DNA of 64,000 bases. It comes from Octopus vulgaris (lineage: Eukaryota). The notes under the pieces were generated by a model. That model did not search any database and was not told the DNA's origin. It saw only the letters and a program-made list of their open reading frames with translations. Shown here one piece after another: positions 1 through 13,934 of the stretch. Made by a program: the position numbers and the translations under genes. Numbering within the stretch: position 1 is the first letter of the stretch; each line of letters begins with the position of its first letter. The stretch lies in the NCBI GenBank assembly GCA_951406725.2, contig OX597839.1:39246001-39310000 (forward strand), written 5' to 3'.

Positions 1-604
1 TAAGATTATTTAAAAAAAAAAACAAAATCAAAAAACAATTATCTTCTTGCAGCAGTGTGAGTATATATATTACCCGAATTATATAGTATTACGTATTCAT
101 CACAGCTGGTCTTATCAATTGTTTTCACGCAAAAAAATACAATTGAGTGTTAGGCAATAAAACAATTATATAAATACGCTCATCAGAAGCAGCCGACAAT
201 GAATGGGAATATGGCGATTGCTCTCCGCATCAGGAGATGAATTAGCACGACGGGTCGGCGTCTGCTGTAAAAATGTGGTGAAATGAAAAAAGGACCAGGG
301 GATTTGCTTGGAGTTAATTGGAGCCGGCAAAAGTCATCACTGGAGTTGGGGAAGTTTGTATAACAATTTAATAAATAAAACATATGCATACATACATATA
401 TGTACATACCTACATCTATATGTATATATACGTGCATATATGAGTACAGGACACCACAAATAAACGTAGAACACAACGAGAAACGAAAACATAAAATCAA
501 ACAAGGAAACGGACTTTTTTTAACAACGGAAAAACAGAGTACAAGACAAACAATACAAGGAACATTCCCCTTCTTCAGCTGCCCCTGTTTGGACTCAATG
601 CGTG

Positions 605-648
<44 letters not shown>

Positions 649-1239
649 AAGAAAGAGAGATGCCGACGACCGCTCGATTCAAAGTCTCCCTTGACCACAA
701 GTGGCCTGAACTCTTTACATGAACACCACCCTGTACATAACTCCATGTCCCCCTACATGGCCTTGCTTTTTGTTTTTTGAGCCAAAAAATTAACTAACTA
801 ATTAACTAACTAACTAACTGTTTCCATTGCTGTTTTCCGTTTTACATGTTGAAATGTTTAAAAGTTTTCTCTTCCCCGTCTTTGGTAAAATAGAAAAGAA
901 GTAAAACTTACGGCTCGGCTTGGATGACTGACCAGGTCACTGACTCATTTCCGGGTCAGCGAGGCGTGATACCATTTCCGAGCCATTTATTTATCATATA
1001 AATAAATATGCAACAATTAATACGCAAAACAAAACTATACATTATAACCGCAATAAGTGTATATGTGTGTGTGTATATAACCGCAATAAGTGACAGAGAG
1101 AGAGAAAGTGTGTGTATATGTGTGTGTTTTAAACGTATGTAGTTACTCTACCATTATGGAAATTGTTTAAATTTCGTGGTCATAGTTCAAATCATTCGTC
1201 ACACGATGACAACTCCGTCATGCACACACACACAAGGAA

Positions 1240-1296
<57 letters not shown>

Positions 1297-1599
1297 ATGA
1301 GTAAGATACAGGAACACGCTCAAATCTAACCTGCATACGATGAAAAAAAAAAACTCCCCCAGAAAAAAGAAAAAAAAACTGCACTGAATCAATCGTAATG
1401 AATGTGGGTTAACTTGCTATATATATCATATGGAAATATGACTTAAGCAGTCTGGATCAGTGCCGTCTGAAGTCATGGGTTCACTGGGCATGTTTGTCCA
1501 CAGGCCTCACAAGTGCACGACCCAATTAATGATCTATGTTTGCTACGACTTGAACACACACTTATAGGGCCCACTGGATTGATTTGTCCCGATAGGCGC

Positions 1600-1940
1600 C
1601 TCAAATGACTTTAGGAAACATTTTTTCACGCTGAGAGTTGCTGAAGCATGGAACAAACTGTCGGCGTCAGTTGTTAGTTGTCGGAGCACTGCATCCTTCA
1701 AAACTTCCATGCTTCTTGAGATTCGCCAACACTACATCTGATTTTCTCAAAACTTCCATGCTTTCTGAGATTCGCCAACACTACACCTGATTTTCTCCCC
1801 TCCATACACACACAAGCATGTATCTGACTCATACACTGTTCACTTCCCAGACATTTGTACATTACTGCATATACTTTATACGCACTTTCTGACAAGTTGC
1901 AGTGCACCTGAGCACTGTATACAATAATTTCATTATTATT
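1600..1940 (+). mobile_element. CR1-type LINE 3' fragment
   Basis: Encodes DFRKHFFTLRVAEAWNKL, the typical CR1/L2 ORF2 C-terminus, followed by 3' UTR and (TTA)n tail. Internal ~50-bp tandem duplication at 1698-1796. Confidence 0.8.
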
Positions 1941-2221
1941 AAATGTTGCTGAGATGGCCCTAATCTGAATCGTCTGAAAGAACTTAGAGCAAAAACAAAG
2001 TCCTGAACTAACATACCAGCCGTTTTGCATAATAGTTCATTCTTTTGTCCAATCTGTCTGTAAATTGTTGGCTAAAATCTCACAAGAGGCACAGACATCA
2101 GAAATAAACTAAGACAAAAGGAAAAAAAAGATGCTGTTTAACATCCACACGTTCAAACCAACAGAAGAATTCATTATGTGTGCGTGTGTGTCAGTGTATA
2201 TACACATATATATATATATAT

Positions 2222-2515
2222 CACCGTGATCGACCAGGCTATCAGATGTTGTTACACATCGCTGGTCACAATGCGCTTCGCATTGTTTTAGCCTTCAAAA
2301 TGACGCCACCCCGCTGGCTAAGCGAGCAAGCCAACAGAAGAAAGAGTGAGAGAAAGTTGTGGCGAAAGAGTACAGCAGGGATCGCCACCACCCCCTGCCG
2401 GAGCATCGTGGAGATTTTTAGGTGTTTTCGCTCAGTAAACACTCACAATGCTCGGTCTGGAAATCGAAACCACGATCCTACGACCGCGAGTCCACTGCTC
2501 TAACCACTGGACCAT
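2222..2515 (-). mobile_element. tRNA-Arg-derived SINE (OR-like), tail type 2
   Basis: Reverse-complement match to 31158-31467. Confidence 0.85.
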
Positions 2516-3569
2516 TTATATATAATAAATGTGAATGTCAGTGTGTCACACGTTTTCAACTTCACTCCTAGAGGCCGTAGCCCAACATATCATACCATTT
2601 AGGAATCAGGCCAATTCTGAGTAAATTAAAAACATTCCGGGCCGAATTTTGGATTCCCAAGTTTTCATTACTGCGATTGTTTTCGGAGATATTTTTTACG
2701 TGATTATTATTATTTTTTTTTTCGATGAATATGATCATCATTGAGATATGACTCTGCAGGAAGAAACTGCAACAATTCTCCAAAATAAGTCAGAGATCTG
2801 TTTGCAGATCTTCCCATTCGGGGTTAATTGCTTCAAAGAAGAGAAAGAAAATGGAGATTTTGAAGTTAATAAGAGTTTATTATCAGCAAGAAATCGATCA
2901 TTATCCCCCACAGCTACTTTAATTATACACAGTGAAATTAATTAAATATTAAGTTCACATTTCTGAGCATAATCTCTTCAGAGGAAGAAAAAATATACCT
3001 ATTAGATATTTTGTATGTTTGTTTGTAAATTCATCACAGTGGATGAACCTCTTATAGGGATAGTTTTATCCAAGTTACACTGGTTTAATATATTATATTT
3101 TGAAGAGATATTTCTTAAATATATATATATATATAACAATATCAAATATTATAAAAATAAGAAAATGGAGAGATTTAATGGATATAAATTAATTCATTAA
3201 TTAACAATGTCAATAAATGTTTCAACTTACCTTCAATACAAATTACAAAACATATATCATAAAACAAAATTGCAATATGAAGATATTTAGTGTGGCAAAC
3301 GAAGCTTAGGTTATGTTGATCGGTTGAGATACTCCAATAGACATATATATAAGTATATATACGTATGCATATATACGCATATATATACAGACACAAATAC
3401 ATATATATACACAAATATAAAGGTAAAGAATTATCTATCTCTCTCTCTCTATATATATATATACGTATATATATATATATACACACACAAATACATATAT
3501 ATACACAAATATAAAGGTAAAGAATTATCTATATCTATCTATCTATATATATATATTTCTCTTTCTCTT

Positions 3570-3783
3570 TCACTCGTTTCAGTCATTTGACTGCGGCCAT
3601 GCTGGAGCACCGCCTTTAGTCGAGCAAATCGACCCCGGGACTTATTCTTTGTAAGCCCAGTACTTATTGTATCGGTCTCTTTTGCCGAACCACCGCTAAG
3701 TGACGGGGACGTAAACACACCAGCATCGGTTGTCAAGCAATGCTAGGGGGACAAACACAGACACACAAACATATACACACACA

Positions 3784-3834
<51 letters not shown>

Positions 3835-3898
3835 GACAGGCTTCTTTCAGTTTCCGTCTACCAAATCCACTCACAAGGCATTGGTCGGCCCGGGGCTA
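3570..3898 (-). mobile_element. Family-A SINE, 5'-truncated
   Basis: Matches 17512-17935. ctccaatagacatatat is duplicated at 3332 and 3901, a possible TSD. Confidence 0.85.
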
Positions 3899-4290
3899 AA
3901 CTCCAATAGACATATATTTACATAAGCATATATACGTAAGCATAAAAGAAATGTCGTTTATTCATAAAATTTTAAATGTATTTTCTGTTTATTTTCTGTC
4001 ATTACTTACACGTTCTATGCTTTATTTATATAGGTTCACCTTTTTTTTCTTTTAAGATAATTTATTTGAAACTTCCTGACTCCGTATTCGTTTTTCGGTT
4101 CGGTGGAATCATTTCAAGACATTGACGTATAACCAGCCACCCACCCAACAGACTGAATTTTTTTTGGCTTAATTTTCTCCTATCACCTTCTCAACACTTT
4201 TTAAGTTTTCAAATCAATAATATATTGTATAACTACAGCAATGTGTTGAATTTTAAGTATTGAATAAAGAAGGGGAGGAAATGGATAAAT

Positions 4291-4987
4291 GGGGCAAAAT
4301 GAGTAATTTATTATTATTATTTATTTTTTTTTTGTTATTTTCTCCCTATTTGTTTGAAATCCTTACATTGCGAGTATTGCATCATCTTTGAGAGTAAAAA
4401 TTGGTCAGGATAGTTGTTGCTGTTTTGAACTTGATAGAGTTCGGAACACAGTCACTTTTGCTTTCAAGAAGCTTTTCCTGTAATTTGACTCGATTGTAAC
4501 TTAGTTGCTAATAAAATATCTGGATAACTTTTGGTATTTAACGAACAAAATTCTTTTCTCTATTGGATTCCAAGTCAATTTTTTTTCCGATACTAATATC
4601 TAATTTGATAATCTTCAATTTCCAAAAAAAAAAAAAGTGTCGAAAATGAGGTAAAACGAATAATAATTAATTTCAATAATTTATTCCCTTAATTACATGG
4701 TGCATAAATATATCAAGAAGAGAGCCTTTCCAGCAGATCATGACTAAACTACAAAGAATATTTTACGTTAATTTCTTTTTATTTGGTCGAGCTTCGCTAA
4801 TTTCATACCCTGTGCCATTTTTCCATGATCCTCTTTCATTTGGAATAGATATTTTTAAATTTTGGTGCATTTTTGATATTCCTGATGCTTAAGGAGGGTT
4901 ATTTAGGTGTAAGAGTATTTTCCCAAATGTAATTTTGAAGAATTAAAAAGGCAAATTTACTTTATCTTGTCTTACTCATTTTGCCCC
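4291..4987. mobile_element. Putative old non-autonomous DNA transposon (16-bp inverted repeat)
   Basis: GGGGCAAAATGAGTAA at 4291-4306 and its exact reverse complement at 4972-4987. No TSD identified. Confidence 0.45.
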
Positions 4988-5780
4988 GCCTAAATTTACC
5001 CTTTGTATGCTCTAAGAGAACGGAGATAATTTTCTGAAATAGAAGTCTGAGTAAATTATAATGTTTTTAATACATTTAGAAAAGGCCACTTGATAAGCAG
5101 ATATAGTTTTTGTAAAAAAACATTTTTTCCTCAAAGTCAATAACGTAGTAAATATTTCTCAATGTGCCCCAACACCCCTTGTACATATATATTACCATGT
5201 TTGTTTCCTAAGAACTTTCTGGAAAATGGATAATTTTTTTAAATGAAATTTTGTACAAAAGATAGATTACAGATGATGTAGATTAAAATTATAAATAAAT
5301 TTGTTGTGTATAATATATATATATATATATATATAAATTAGAGATAAAACCACTATTAGGCAAATCAAACAGTGAAAAACATAAACCAAAACATAAAAAT
5401 AAAAATAATTAATATAATATACAACATATGTAAATATAAAATTTAAAAATTTAAATTATTTAAATTTAAAATTAAAATTATTAATTTATATTTATAAATT
5501 TTTATTTTTTATTTATTATTTATTATTTTTTTTTATTAAATATATATAACTATCAAAAAGTTTAATATAAGATAAAAAGTAAAACCACAATATCAATAAT
5601 AATAAAGGGTAAAATTAATTAATTAGTAATTAATAATTTTACCAAGTTGTGTTCAGTATGTTAAAAGGACTATAAGAAGAATCTCCCAGACAATGTATAC
5701 TCTTTGGCTGCTATTTCTAAAAGTTCAGTATGTGGCAAAGCAAATTTTGTTGCTGAACCCTAATTATATTAAGTAATATA

Positions 5781-5815
<35 letters not shown>

Positions 5816-6764
5816 GTATAACTACAGAAGCGTGGCGCGCACCGACTTTTGTTTCGCCTCATATTTCTGAAAAATGAATATTCTTTAATGGAATTCTTTG
5901 AGAGATACATATTTCGAAGGTTATAGATAACAATTGTGTCGATAAAAATTGAAAATTAAAAGATAGAAATGCGTTACATTTAATCATTTATTGGAAGGTG
6001 GTGACCGACTTTCGGTTCAGCCACCTGCTAACTTCTGCTCACGTTGTAAATACGTATATAATTATACATTTTTCTTGACAAAGAAACAATTTGCCAACAA
6101 AATAATGAATGAAATATGTAACCAATAATTAAAATAATAGGTACTCACCATTTTAGGAATATTTCTTACAGAGGAAAAAATGTTAGAGAGAGACATAAGA
6201 CGGCGTGCAGACGATAAAATTTTCAAGGTGGCTTCTTCCTTTCCGCACGGGTAAAAGAAGAGCGGAATTACCCGAAACTTCTTCAAAAATAAAATTATAA
6301 ATTGTTTGCCAATTTTATTAACATAATCATAATCTATACTCTCGAAAACGTATCTCTGGAAATTTTTATTAAAAAGTATAAGCATTCGTTAAAAAAAGAA
6401 TGTTCCGTGGTAGTGTCGGAGAAAATGAGCCTTCGAAAAAATTTAGCTTTTGATATTTTTTTCTCTATATAATTGTAATCCATACCATTTAAAATATATA
6501 TCTGGTGAATTTCATAGGAAAAGGTGCATTTTTAAGAAAATTGTGGAGAAACTAACTCCGTGGGTGTGGGCACGGTTCCATAATTATGCTCCATTAGTTA
6601 TCGTAATTTTAACATTCATTTTATTTTAATGGCTTCCTAAAATTCTTCTAAGGATTTTAACCATTTAAATACACACACACATATATAATTAATAGTAGCA
6701 GGGAAATAAAGATTTTAGAAATGTTTACAACCAGTGGCCTAGCGTATAGAAAAAATTAGTCAAT

Positions 6765-6799
<35 letters not shown>

Positions 6800-7040
6800 C
6801 CGAGGTCGACTTTGCCTTTCATCCTTTCGAGGTCGATAAATTAAGTACCAGTTACGCACTGAGGTCGATATAATCGACTTAATCCGTTTGTCTGTCCTTG
6901 TTTGTCCTCTCTGTGTTTAGCCCCTTGTGGGTAATAAAGAATATATATATATATATATAAGGGTAGAAATTGATATTAATCAATTAAAACCAGTGGCCTA
7001 GCATATTTTTAAAAAATCCGAAGATTCAAAATTTTTTTAC

Positions 7041-7176
7041 ATACAAAATTTAGAGGACTGACCACTAATAGTGGACAGCCTGTATTCTAGATATAGACGT
7101 CAAAATCACCATTTTGACGTCTATATCTAGCATACAAGCTGTCCACTTTTAGTGGTCAGCCCTCTAAATTTTGTAT
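7041..7176. repeat. Near-perfect palindrome, ~66-bp arms, 4-nt loop
   Basis: atacaaaatttagagg...gacgtcaaaat-cacc-attttgacgtc...cctctaaattttgtat with about four mismatches. Confidence 0.9.
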
Positions 7177-8262
7177 ATATATATATACATATTCGTTTTA
7201 GACGCAGAAATGATTTTAGTTGAATGGAGGTAATCGATTGGTTAAAATTGCCGAAATGCTCGGATTTTCAGACAAAATATCTTACAAACTATAGAATTTT
7301 CTCAATAAAACCAAGAGAAAATGATGTTTATAAACACATTCTACCAGTATACGAAGTTTAAAAGTGTTTAGTTATGTAGAAATTGTGTTGACATCTGCCG
7401 TTCAAAAGGAAAAGATCCACATATTCAGACACACATAAATAATATTTTTATAAACAAACCCTCGTGGAAGTTTTTACTAGTTAAAGGCTGGAGAACCTGC
7501 AGAAGTAGAGTTTCTTCTCTGGGGACCTTCGGTTCAGTTAACCCTAGAGTTTTCTTAACACGATACTGTAACAACATTACACTAGTTGTACTAAACTATA
7601 TACACTCCTCAATAGTTATACTTAACAATATACAGTGTATATACTACTACACTGTGCATATATATTCTCACAGGAAGTGTTTTTACATCTTCCTACATGT
7701 CTAACATGTATGTACATTCTTTTACAGATGTAACACTTTCGGACAGATTCCTTACACACACACACACACACACGCAAACACTTACTCAGATGCACACACA
7801 CAATAACTTACACACACACACATATATATATATATATGTAAATGTAAAAAAATACAAACTGGGACAAGAACGTGAAACACTTAGAAGACGATACAAAAAA
7901 CACGGACGGGACATTCGAAGCCTTCGATCTTCAGTCAAGAACCGGATCATCTTCGCAATTTCATACACACTCAACTTGGTGTATAGTAAGACATGGCTAC
8001 TCATACATATTCCTTAATTCACATAACACACACACACACACACACATTCATTCATTTACACCTACATTCACACACGCACACATTCAAACATGCATTCACA
8101 CACATAACCCCTATCATACACACATACATACATACGTACGTACATACATACATACATACATACATACATACACACACACGCACATTCATAAACACACAAA
8201 CTCTCACATAAACACTCTTCCACGTCTATACAAATATTCATACATTTCGGCTTCCTTTTCTT

Positions 8263-8304
<42 letters not shown>

Positions 8305-8699
8305 ACACACACCACACACACAATCTGTCTCTCCGACTCTCTGTCTCTCTCTCTCTCACACAAACACAGTCTATCTATCACTCTCTCACACATACACACA
8401 CACAGACTTTGTCTCACCTATGCACGCTCTTTCTCTCTCACAAACACGAAATCTCTCTCTCTTTCTTACACATATAAACATTCATTCTCATATTTTTCTC
8501 TTACATACACTGTCTGTCTCACCTTTTTCTCTCTCCTTCTCTCTCTCTCTCACACACAATCATTACAAGACACCATATTTATTTAATGTTGTTTTCTGCT
8601 GGGAATTTATTCAAATTTCTGCCATAATAACCAACCAAAAAAACCAAATTATTTTCTCTCTTCTTTTCAAACAAATTTCCAAAACATTACACTCATGTT

Positions 8700-9961
8700 A
8701 TTGTTGTTGTTGTTATTGTTTTAACCCCGGGTCAGTCCTGATCAAACAGAACAACGATCAAAGAGATTCCAGCTGTGACCATTATGTCTTCTCTTCTGCA
8801 GACATAGTGTATCTGTAGCCTTTCTTGTTTAACCCCAACTCAACCCAGATCCAGGTGACTTATGATGAAAGATGTTCCAGCTGTGACCATCCCATCTTTT
8901 ACTCAGACATAGTGAATCTAGGACTACATTATCTAATGTGTCTTTCCTTGTTTAACCTCAGGTCAGCCCTGATCCATCAGATCTATGATCAAATATATTC
9001 CATCGGTGACCATCCCATCTTCATCTACTGTAGCTTTCCCTATTTAGCACCAGGTCATCCCAGATCCCACAGATCTATGATCAAATGTGTTCCTACTGTG
9101 ACCTTCCCCTCTTCTACCAGACATAGTGCATCTAGGACTACAATATCTAATGTACCTTTCATTCTTTAACACCAGGTTCAGCCTGATCCAGCAGATCTAT
9201 GATCAAATGTGTGACCATCCCATCTTTTATTCAGGCATAGTGTATCTAGGACTACATTATCTAATGTGTCTTTTCTTGTTTAGCCTCAGGTCAGCCCTGA
9301 TCCATCAGATCAATGATCAAATATATTCCATTGGTGATCATCCCATCTTTTACTGTGATAATATATCTGGGATTACTTCTACTGTAGCTTTCCCTATTCA
9401 GCACCAGGTCATCCTAGATCCCACAGGTCTATGATCAAACGCGTTCCTGCTGTGACCTTCCCCTCTTTTACCAGACATAGTGCATCTAGGACTACAATAT
9501 CTAAAGGCGGCGAGCTGGCAGAATCGTTAGTACGCCGGACGAAATGCTTAGCAGTATTTCGTCTGCCGTTACGTTCCGAGTTCAAATTCCGCCGAGGTTG
9601 ACTTTGCCTTTCATCCTTTCAGGGTTGATAAATAAAGTACCAGTTATCCACTGGGGGTCAATGTAATTGACTTAATCCCTTTGTCTGTTTCCTCTATGAT
9701 TAGCCCCTTGTTGGGCAATAAAGAAATAAGAAATATCTAATGTACCTTTCATTCCTTAACCCCAGGTTAACCCTGATCCAGCAGATCTATGATCAAATGT
9801 GTGACCATCCCATATTTTATTCAGGCATAGTGTATCTAGGACTACATTATCTAATGTGTCTTTCCTTGTTTAGCCTCAGGTCAGTCCTGATCCATCAAAT
9901 CTATGATCAAATAGATTCCATCGGTGACCATCCCGTCTTTTATTCAGGCATAGTGTATCTA
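8700..9961. repeat. Complex minisatellite (~95-130-bp units) interrupted by a SINE
   Basis: About nine repeats of caggtcagccctgatcca.cagatctatgatcaaa...gtgaccatcccatctttt...catagtgtatctaggactaca, with higher-order alternation. Confidence 0.85.
9505..9731 (+). mobile_element. Full-length family-B SINE with 9-bp TSD
   Basis: Head ggcggcgagctggcagaatcgttag, B box gagttcaaattcc, central gcctttcatcctttc..gataaa..agtacc domain. TSD aatatctaa at 9496-9504 and 9732-9740. 5'-truncated copy at 6799-6941. Confidence 0.9.
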
Positions 9962-10369
9962 CGTCTACTTATGAAGTAAAAACTAAGGTTAATTTATTCC
10001 AGCTAAAACCTTTTAAGCGGTGCTCCAGCATGGCTGCAGTACAATGACTGAAACAAGCAAAACATAAAAGATCTATGAAAAAAAAAACTGATGTTGAGAG
10101 CGGTGCCTCCTCCATGCTCCCCATGGTGCCATGTGACAGATTCCAAGAAGGGGGAAAAAGAGAGAGAAAGAAGAGAGTGTAGAATTGAGCCTGGTACTTA
10201 ACTAACCCTGGAAAGATGACAAGCAAAATTACTCTCAAAAACAGGGGTCTGAAATTTGCTCTTTTACTCGTTTCAGTCATTGGACCTCGGCCATGCTGGG
10301 GCATTACCTTGAATGGTTTCGGAGCAGTAGTATTCAACCATTTTTTACCTATGGATTCTCTTCACTTCT

Positions 10370-10730
10370 TTTACTTGTTTCAGTCACGTGACTGTGGTCA
10401 TGCTGGAGCACCGCCTTTAGTCGAGCAAATCGACCCCAGGACTTATTTTTTGTGAGCCTAGTACTTATTCTATCGGTCGCTTTTGCCGAACCACTAAGTT
10501 ACAGGGACGTAAACACACCAGCATCAGTTGTCAAGCGATGTTAGGGGGACAAACACAGACACACATACATATATACGATGGGCTTCTTTCAGTTTCCGTC
10601 TACCAAATCCACTCACAAGGCTTTGGTCGGCCCAAGGCCATAGTAGAAGACACTTGTCCAAGGTGCCACGCAGTGGGACTGAACCTGGAACCATGTGGTT
10701 CGTAAGCAAGCTACTTACCACTCCTATGCC
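10370..10730 (-). mobile_element. Family-A SINE
   Basis: Matches other copies end to end. Confidence 0.85.
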
Positions 10731-11192
10731 TATTTCTTCACTTCCAATTTTACACTAGCTCTGTAAACACTTCATGTATGAAGAGACAAACCCTACTGTC
10801 TACCAAATCCACTCACAAGGCTTTGGTCAGCCTGAGGCTATAGTAGAAGACATTTGCCCAAGGTACCATGCAGTGGGACTGAACTGGAAATCATGCAGTT
10901 GGGAAGCAAGCTTCTTACCACACAGCCACTCATGTACTTAAATCTTGCACATAAATATTAATAACAAAATCTCACTTGGACCCCGATTGAGAACCACTGT
11001 TTATGTGTTTCTAAATCCCGTACTTATTCCAGCAGTCATTTTCTGGCAAGCCGCAAAGTTATAGGGATGTAAACAAACCAACACTAATTGTCAAGGTGTG
11101 GTGAGGGCCAAACAAAAAGATACACACACACACACATATATATATACATACATACATATATCAAAAATAAGGGTGAAAAATTGGATATTAAT

Positions 11193-11273
11193 TTAATTCT
11201 GCTGATGACCTATGGATGTTGTTTAAGTAAAATTGCATAATACATTAATAGTGAAACAATTGTCCAGAGTTAA
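11193..11273 (+). ncRNA. Type I hammerhead ribozyme motif
   Basis: ttaattctg-CTGATGA-[stem II ctatggatgt/acattaatag]-GAAAC-aatt-GTC-cagagttaa. 9-bp stem I, palindromic stem III, GUC cleavage triplet at 11262-11264. First stem II position is a C/U mismatch. Confidence 0.75.
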
Positions 11274-11451
11274 TCTATATTTTTGTTATTTTTCATTTGC
11301 CCTGCTCGTTTACATTAAATGTTGTGCTGATTCTCCTTGGAAACAATTTTTTAGTTGCTAATACTATAGCGGATCTATTTTTAGCGCAAGAGTCGACCAT
11401 ATAGTGGTCACTCTCTTATATTTGTATATATACATATACATATATGTATAT

Positions 11452-11790
11452 CATCATCATCGTTTAACGTCCATTTTCCACGCTAGCATGGGTTGGACGG
11501 TTCAACTGGGGTCCGGGAAGCCAGAAGGCTGCGCCAGGCCCAGTCTTATCTGGCAGTGTTTCTACAGCTGGATGCTCTTCCTAACGCCAACCACTCCGTG
11601 AGTGTAGTGGGTGCTTTTTTACGTGCCACCTACACAGGTGCCAGGGGAGGCTGGCAAACGGCCACGAAAGGATGGTGCTTTTTACATGCCACCGGCATGG
11701 AGGCCAGTCGGGGCGGCGCTGGCAAAGGCCACGTTCGGATGGTTCTCTTACATGCCACCGGCACTGGTATCACAGCAACAATTTCCATTG
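11452..11790 (-). mobile_element. Retroelement 3' end with (GAT)n tail, RTE-like (also 30151-30340, 30935-31098, 39670-39930, 52350-52625, 59123-59350, 60275-60452)
   Basis: Recurrent (cat)n-cgtttaacgtccgctttccatgctagcatgggttggacgg...gctggatgcccttcctaacgccaaccac. Shared tail end with variable truncation at the other end. Confidence 0.75.
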
Positions 11791-11838
11791 ATGTTGATCG
11801 ATTTCGGTTTTGATTTGATTTGATTTTGATTTATATAC

Positions 11839-11871
<33 letters not shown>

Positions 11872-12642
11872 TATGTATATATACATCATAGGTCCTGCTA
11901 GGGTATTTCCAGACAAGCACTCAACAGAAGTTTTGGGCTATCAGCACTGTCAGATTCCAGATTAATACCAAAATTCTTCAAGTGTAGAAAATCTTGGTTT
12001 TATGATGTAATGGGGTTGGTTCTTTCAACAAAAAATTCTTCAAGTCAGTGCCCCAGCATGGCCAGAGTCTAATGACTGAAGCAAGCAAAAGATAGAAAAT
12101 AACCAAGATTAAAAAAAAAAAAAAAAATGAAACACCGAAAAACGTTTTTGTTTTTTAAATATTTTTTATTTCTTTTTATTCAATTTTTTTCTTTTCTATT
12201 TTAAATTTATTTTTTAAAATTTTTTATTTAATTATGTATTTTTTTTATAACATATAAACAATTATTGGCAAAAAAAAAAAGAAATAACATTACAAGCATA
12301 TTCAATCATCATCATCACCATTAACATCATCCTCGTATAGTCATCATCATCATCATCACCATGTACTTGTGGTCATCGATGTCAACATCATCATCTTCAC
12401 CACTACCACCACCTTATATAATCACCATCATCACAGTGTCATCATCATCATCATCATTGTTATGATCATCATCATCATCCTTCACTGTTATTATAAATGT
12501 TTATTTAAAAAATTTTTTTGTAATTTTTCTTTTTTTTTTTACATATATATTCTTGTTCCTTACTCTCCTTGAAACAACCATCTCCTCTGTCTCTCTTGCT
12601 CTCTTTCTCCATAAAATTATATATACAGTGTATGTGTGCATG

Positions 12643-12677
<35 letters not shown>

Positions 12678-12769
12678 TCACACACACATATATATTCACA
12701 TATACAAATAAGCATACACACGCACCTATATATATATATATATACCCACATACATATATACATACATAG

Positions 12770-12810
<41 letters not shown>

Positions 12811-13263
12811 GATGTGGGAGTGTTGTATATATACCCTCAAGTATTTCTACTTAGGAAAAAAAAAAAAACCTCTTACAGAAAGAACTGAAAAGAACTCAAC
12901 ACTTGATAGAGAGTAAATCTATAATCCCATGCCCCTTGGCATCTTATTCCTTTTTCATGCTGGGAGAGATATTCCTCACCCAATGTGTGTGTGTGTGTGT
13001 GTGTGTGTACAAATGAGTGTACAGGAGCTCGATATATCAACACTTGAAGAGCTGATAATTTATTTCAGCACTACTATTATTTTATTTCTATTTAAAAATT
13101 TTTCTTTTGTGCATTTGTTTCTTCTCTGTGTTGGCTTCAAGAATGCATGAAAGTGAAGAAACTCAAAGAGTAGCAATGGGACAAATAATTAGTCTACTCC
13201 ATACAAGAAATGAGAATCTTTTCTTTCATTTGTACTCCGAAGTATGTCCGCGCACTCACACAC

Positions 13264-13307
<44 letters not shown>

Positions 13308-13310
<3 letters not shown>

Positions 13311-13493
13311 GGAGTAAACACATAAATGTGAAACAAGGTGGTAAAAAGAGTACTCAAATACCAGGGGTAGAGTAATATGCTTTATTTAAAAGCAGCAGAA
13401 ATTCAACAAAACCTGTTACTCGGAGTTTCCCGATGAAAGGGAACGTGAAACTTTGAGTAACAGATTTTGTTGAATTCTCTGCTTTAAATAAAG

Positions 13494-13555
<62 letters not shown>

Positions 13556-13556
13556 A

Positions 13557-13592
<36 letters not shown>

Positions 13593-13741
13593 ATTGAGTG
13601 TTGACTGACAAAGAAGAAAGAGTACCCATTTCCAAAGCAAAGAAAGATAAATAATATTTCAATTTTGGTTGAGTCAGTCTCTTGCTGCCTGTAGGTGTAA
13701 AGGGTTGTCAGTCACATTTATGACTCTAAAAGTGTGTATGG

Positions 13742-13781
<40 letters not shown>

Positions 13782-13934
13782 ACAGTTTTAACATATTGTC
13801 TGACGAATGGGAACGTGAAACTCTGAGTAACAGGTTTTGTTGAATTTCTGCTGCTTTTAAAAAAAAGCATATTACTCTACCCCTGGTATTTGAGTACTCT
13901 TTTTTTCCACCTTGTTTCACATTTATGTGTTTAC

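Noticed and set aside
104-193. Minus-strand CTGATGA...GAAA hammerhead-like motif
   Set aside because: Stems I and III need mismatches and bulges. Too degenerate to separate from chance.
183-780. 187-aa and 126-aa ORFs at the left edge
   Set aside because: They run through (TA)n and a repeat remnant, with no recognisable domain.
7900-7945. Minus-strand CTGAAGA...GAA in a TA-flanked element (similar at 565-600)
   Set aside because: No proper GAAA box or stem I pairing, though the host may be a Penelope-like remnant.
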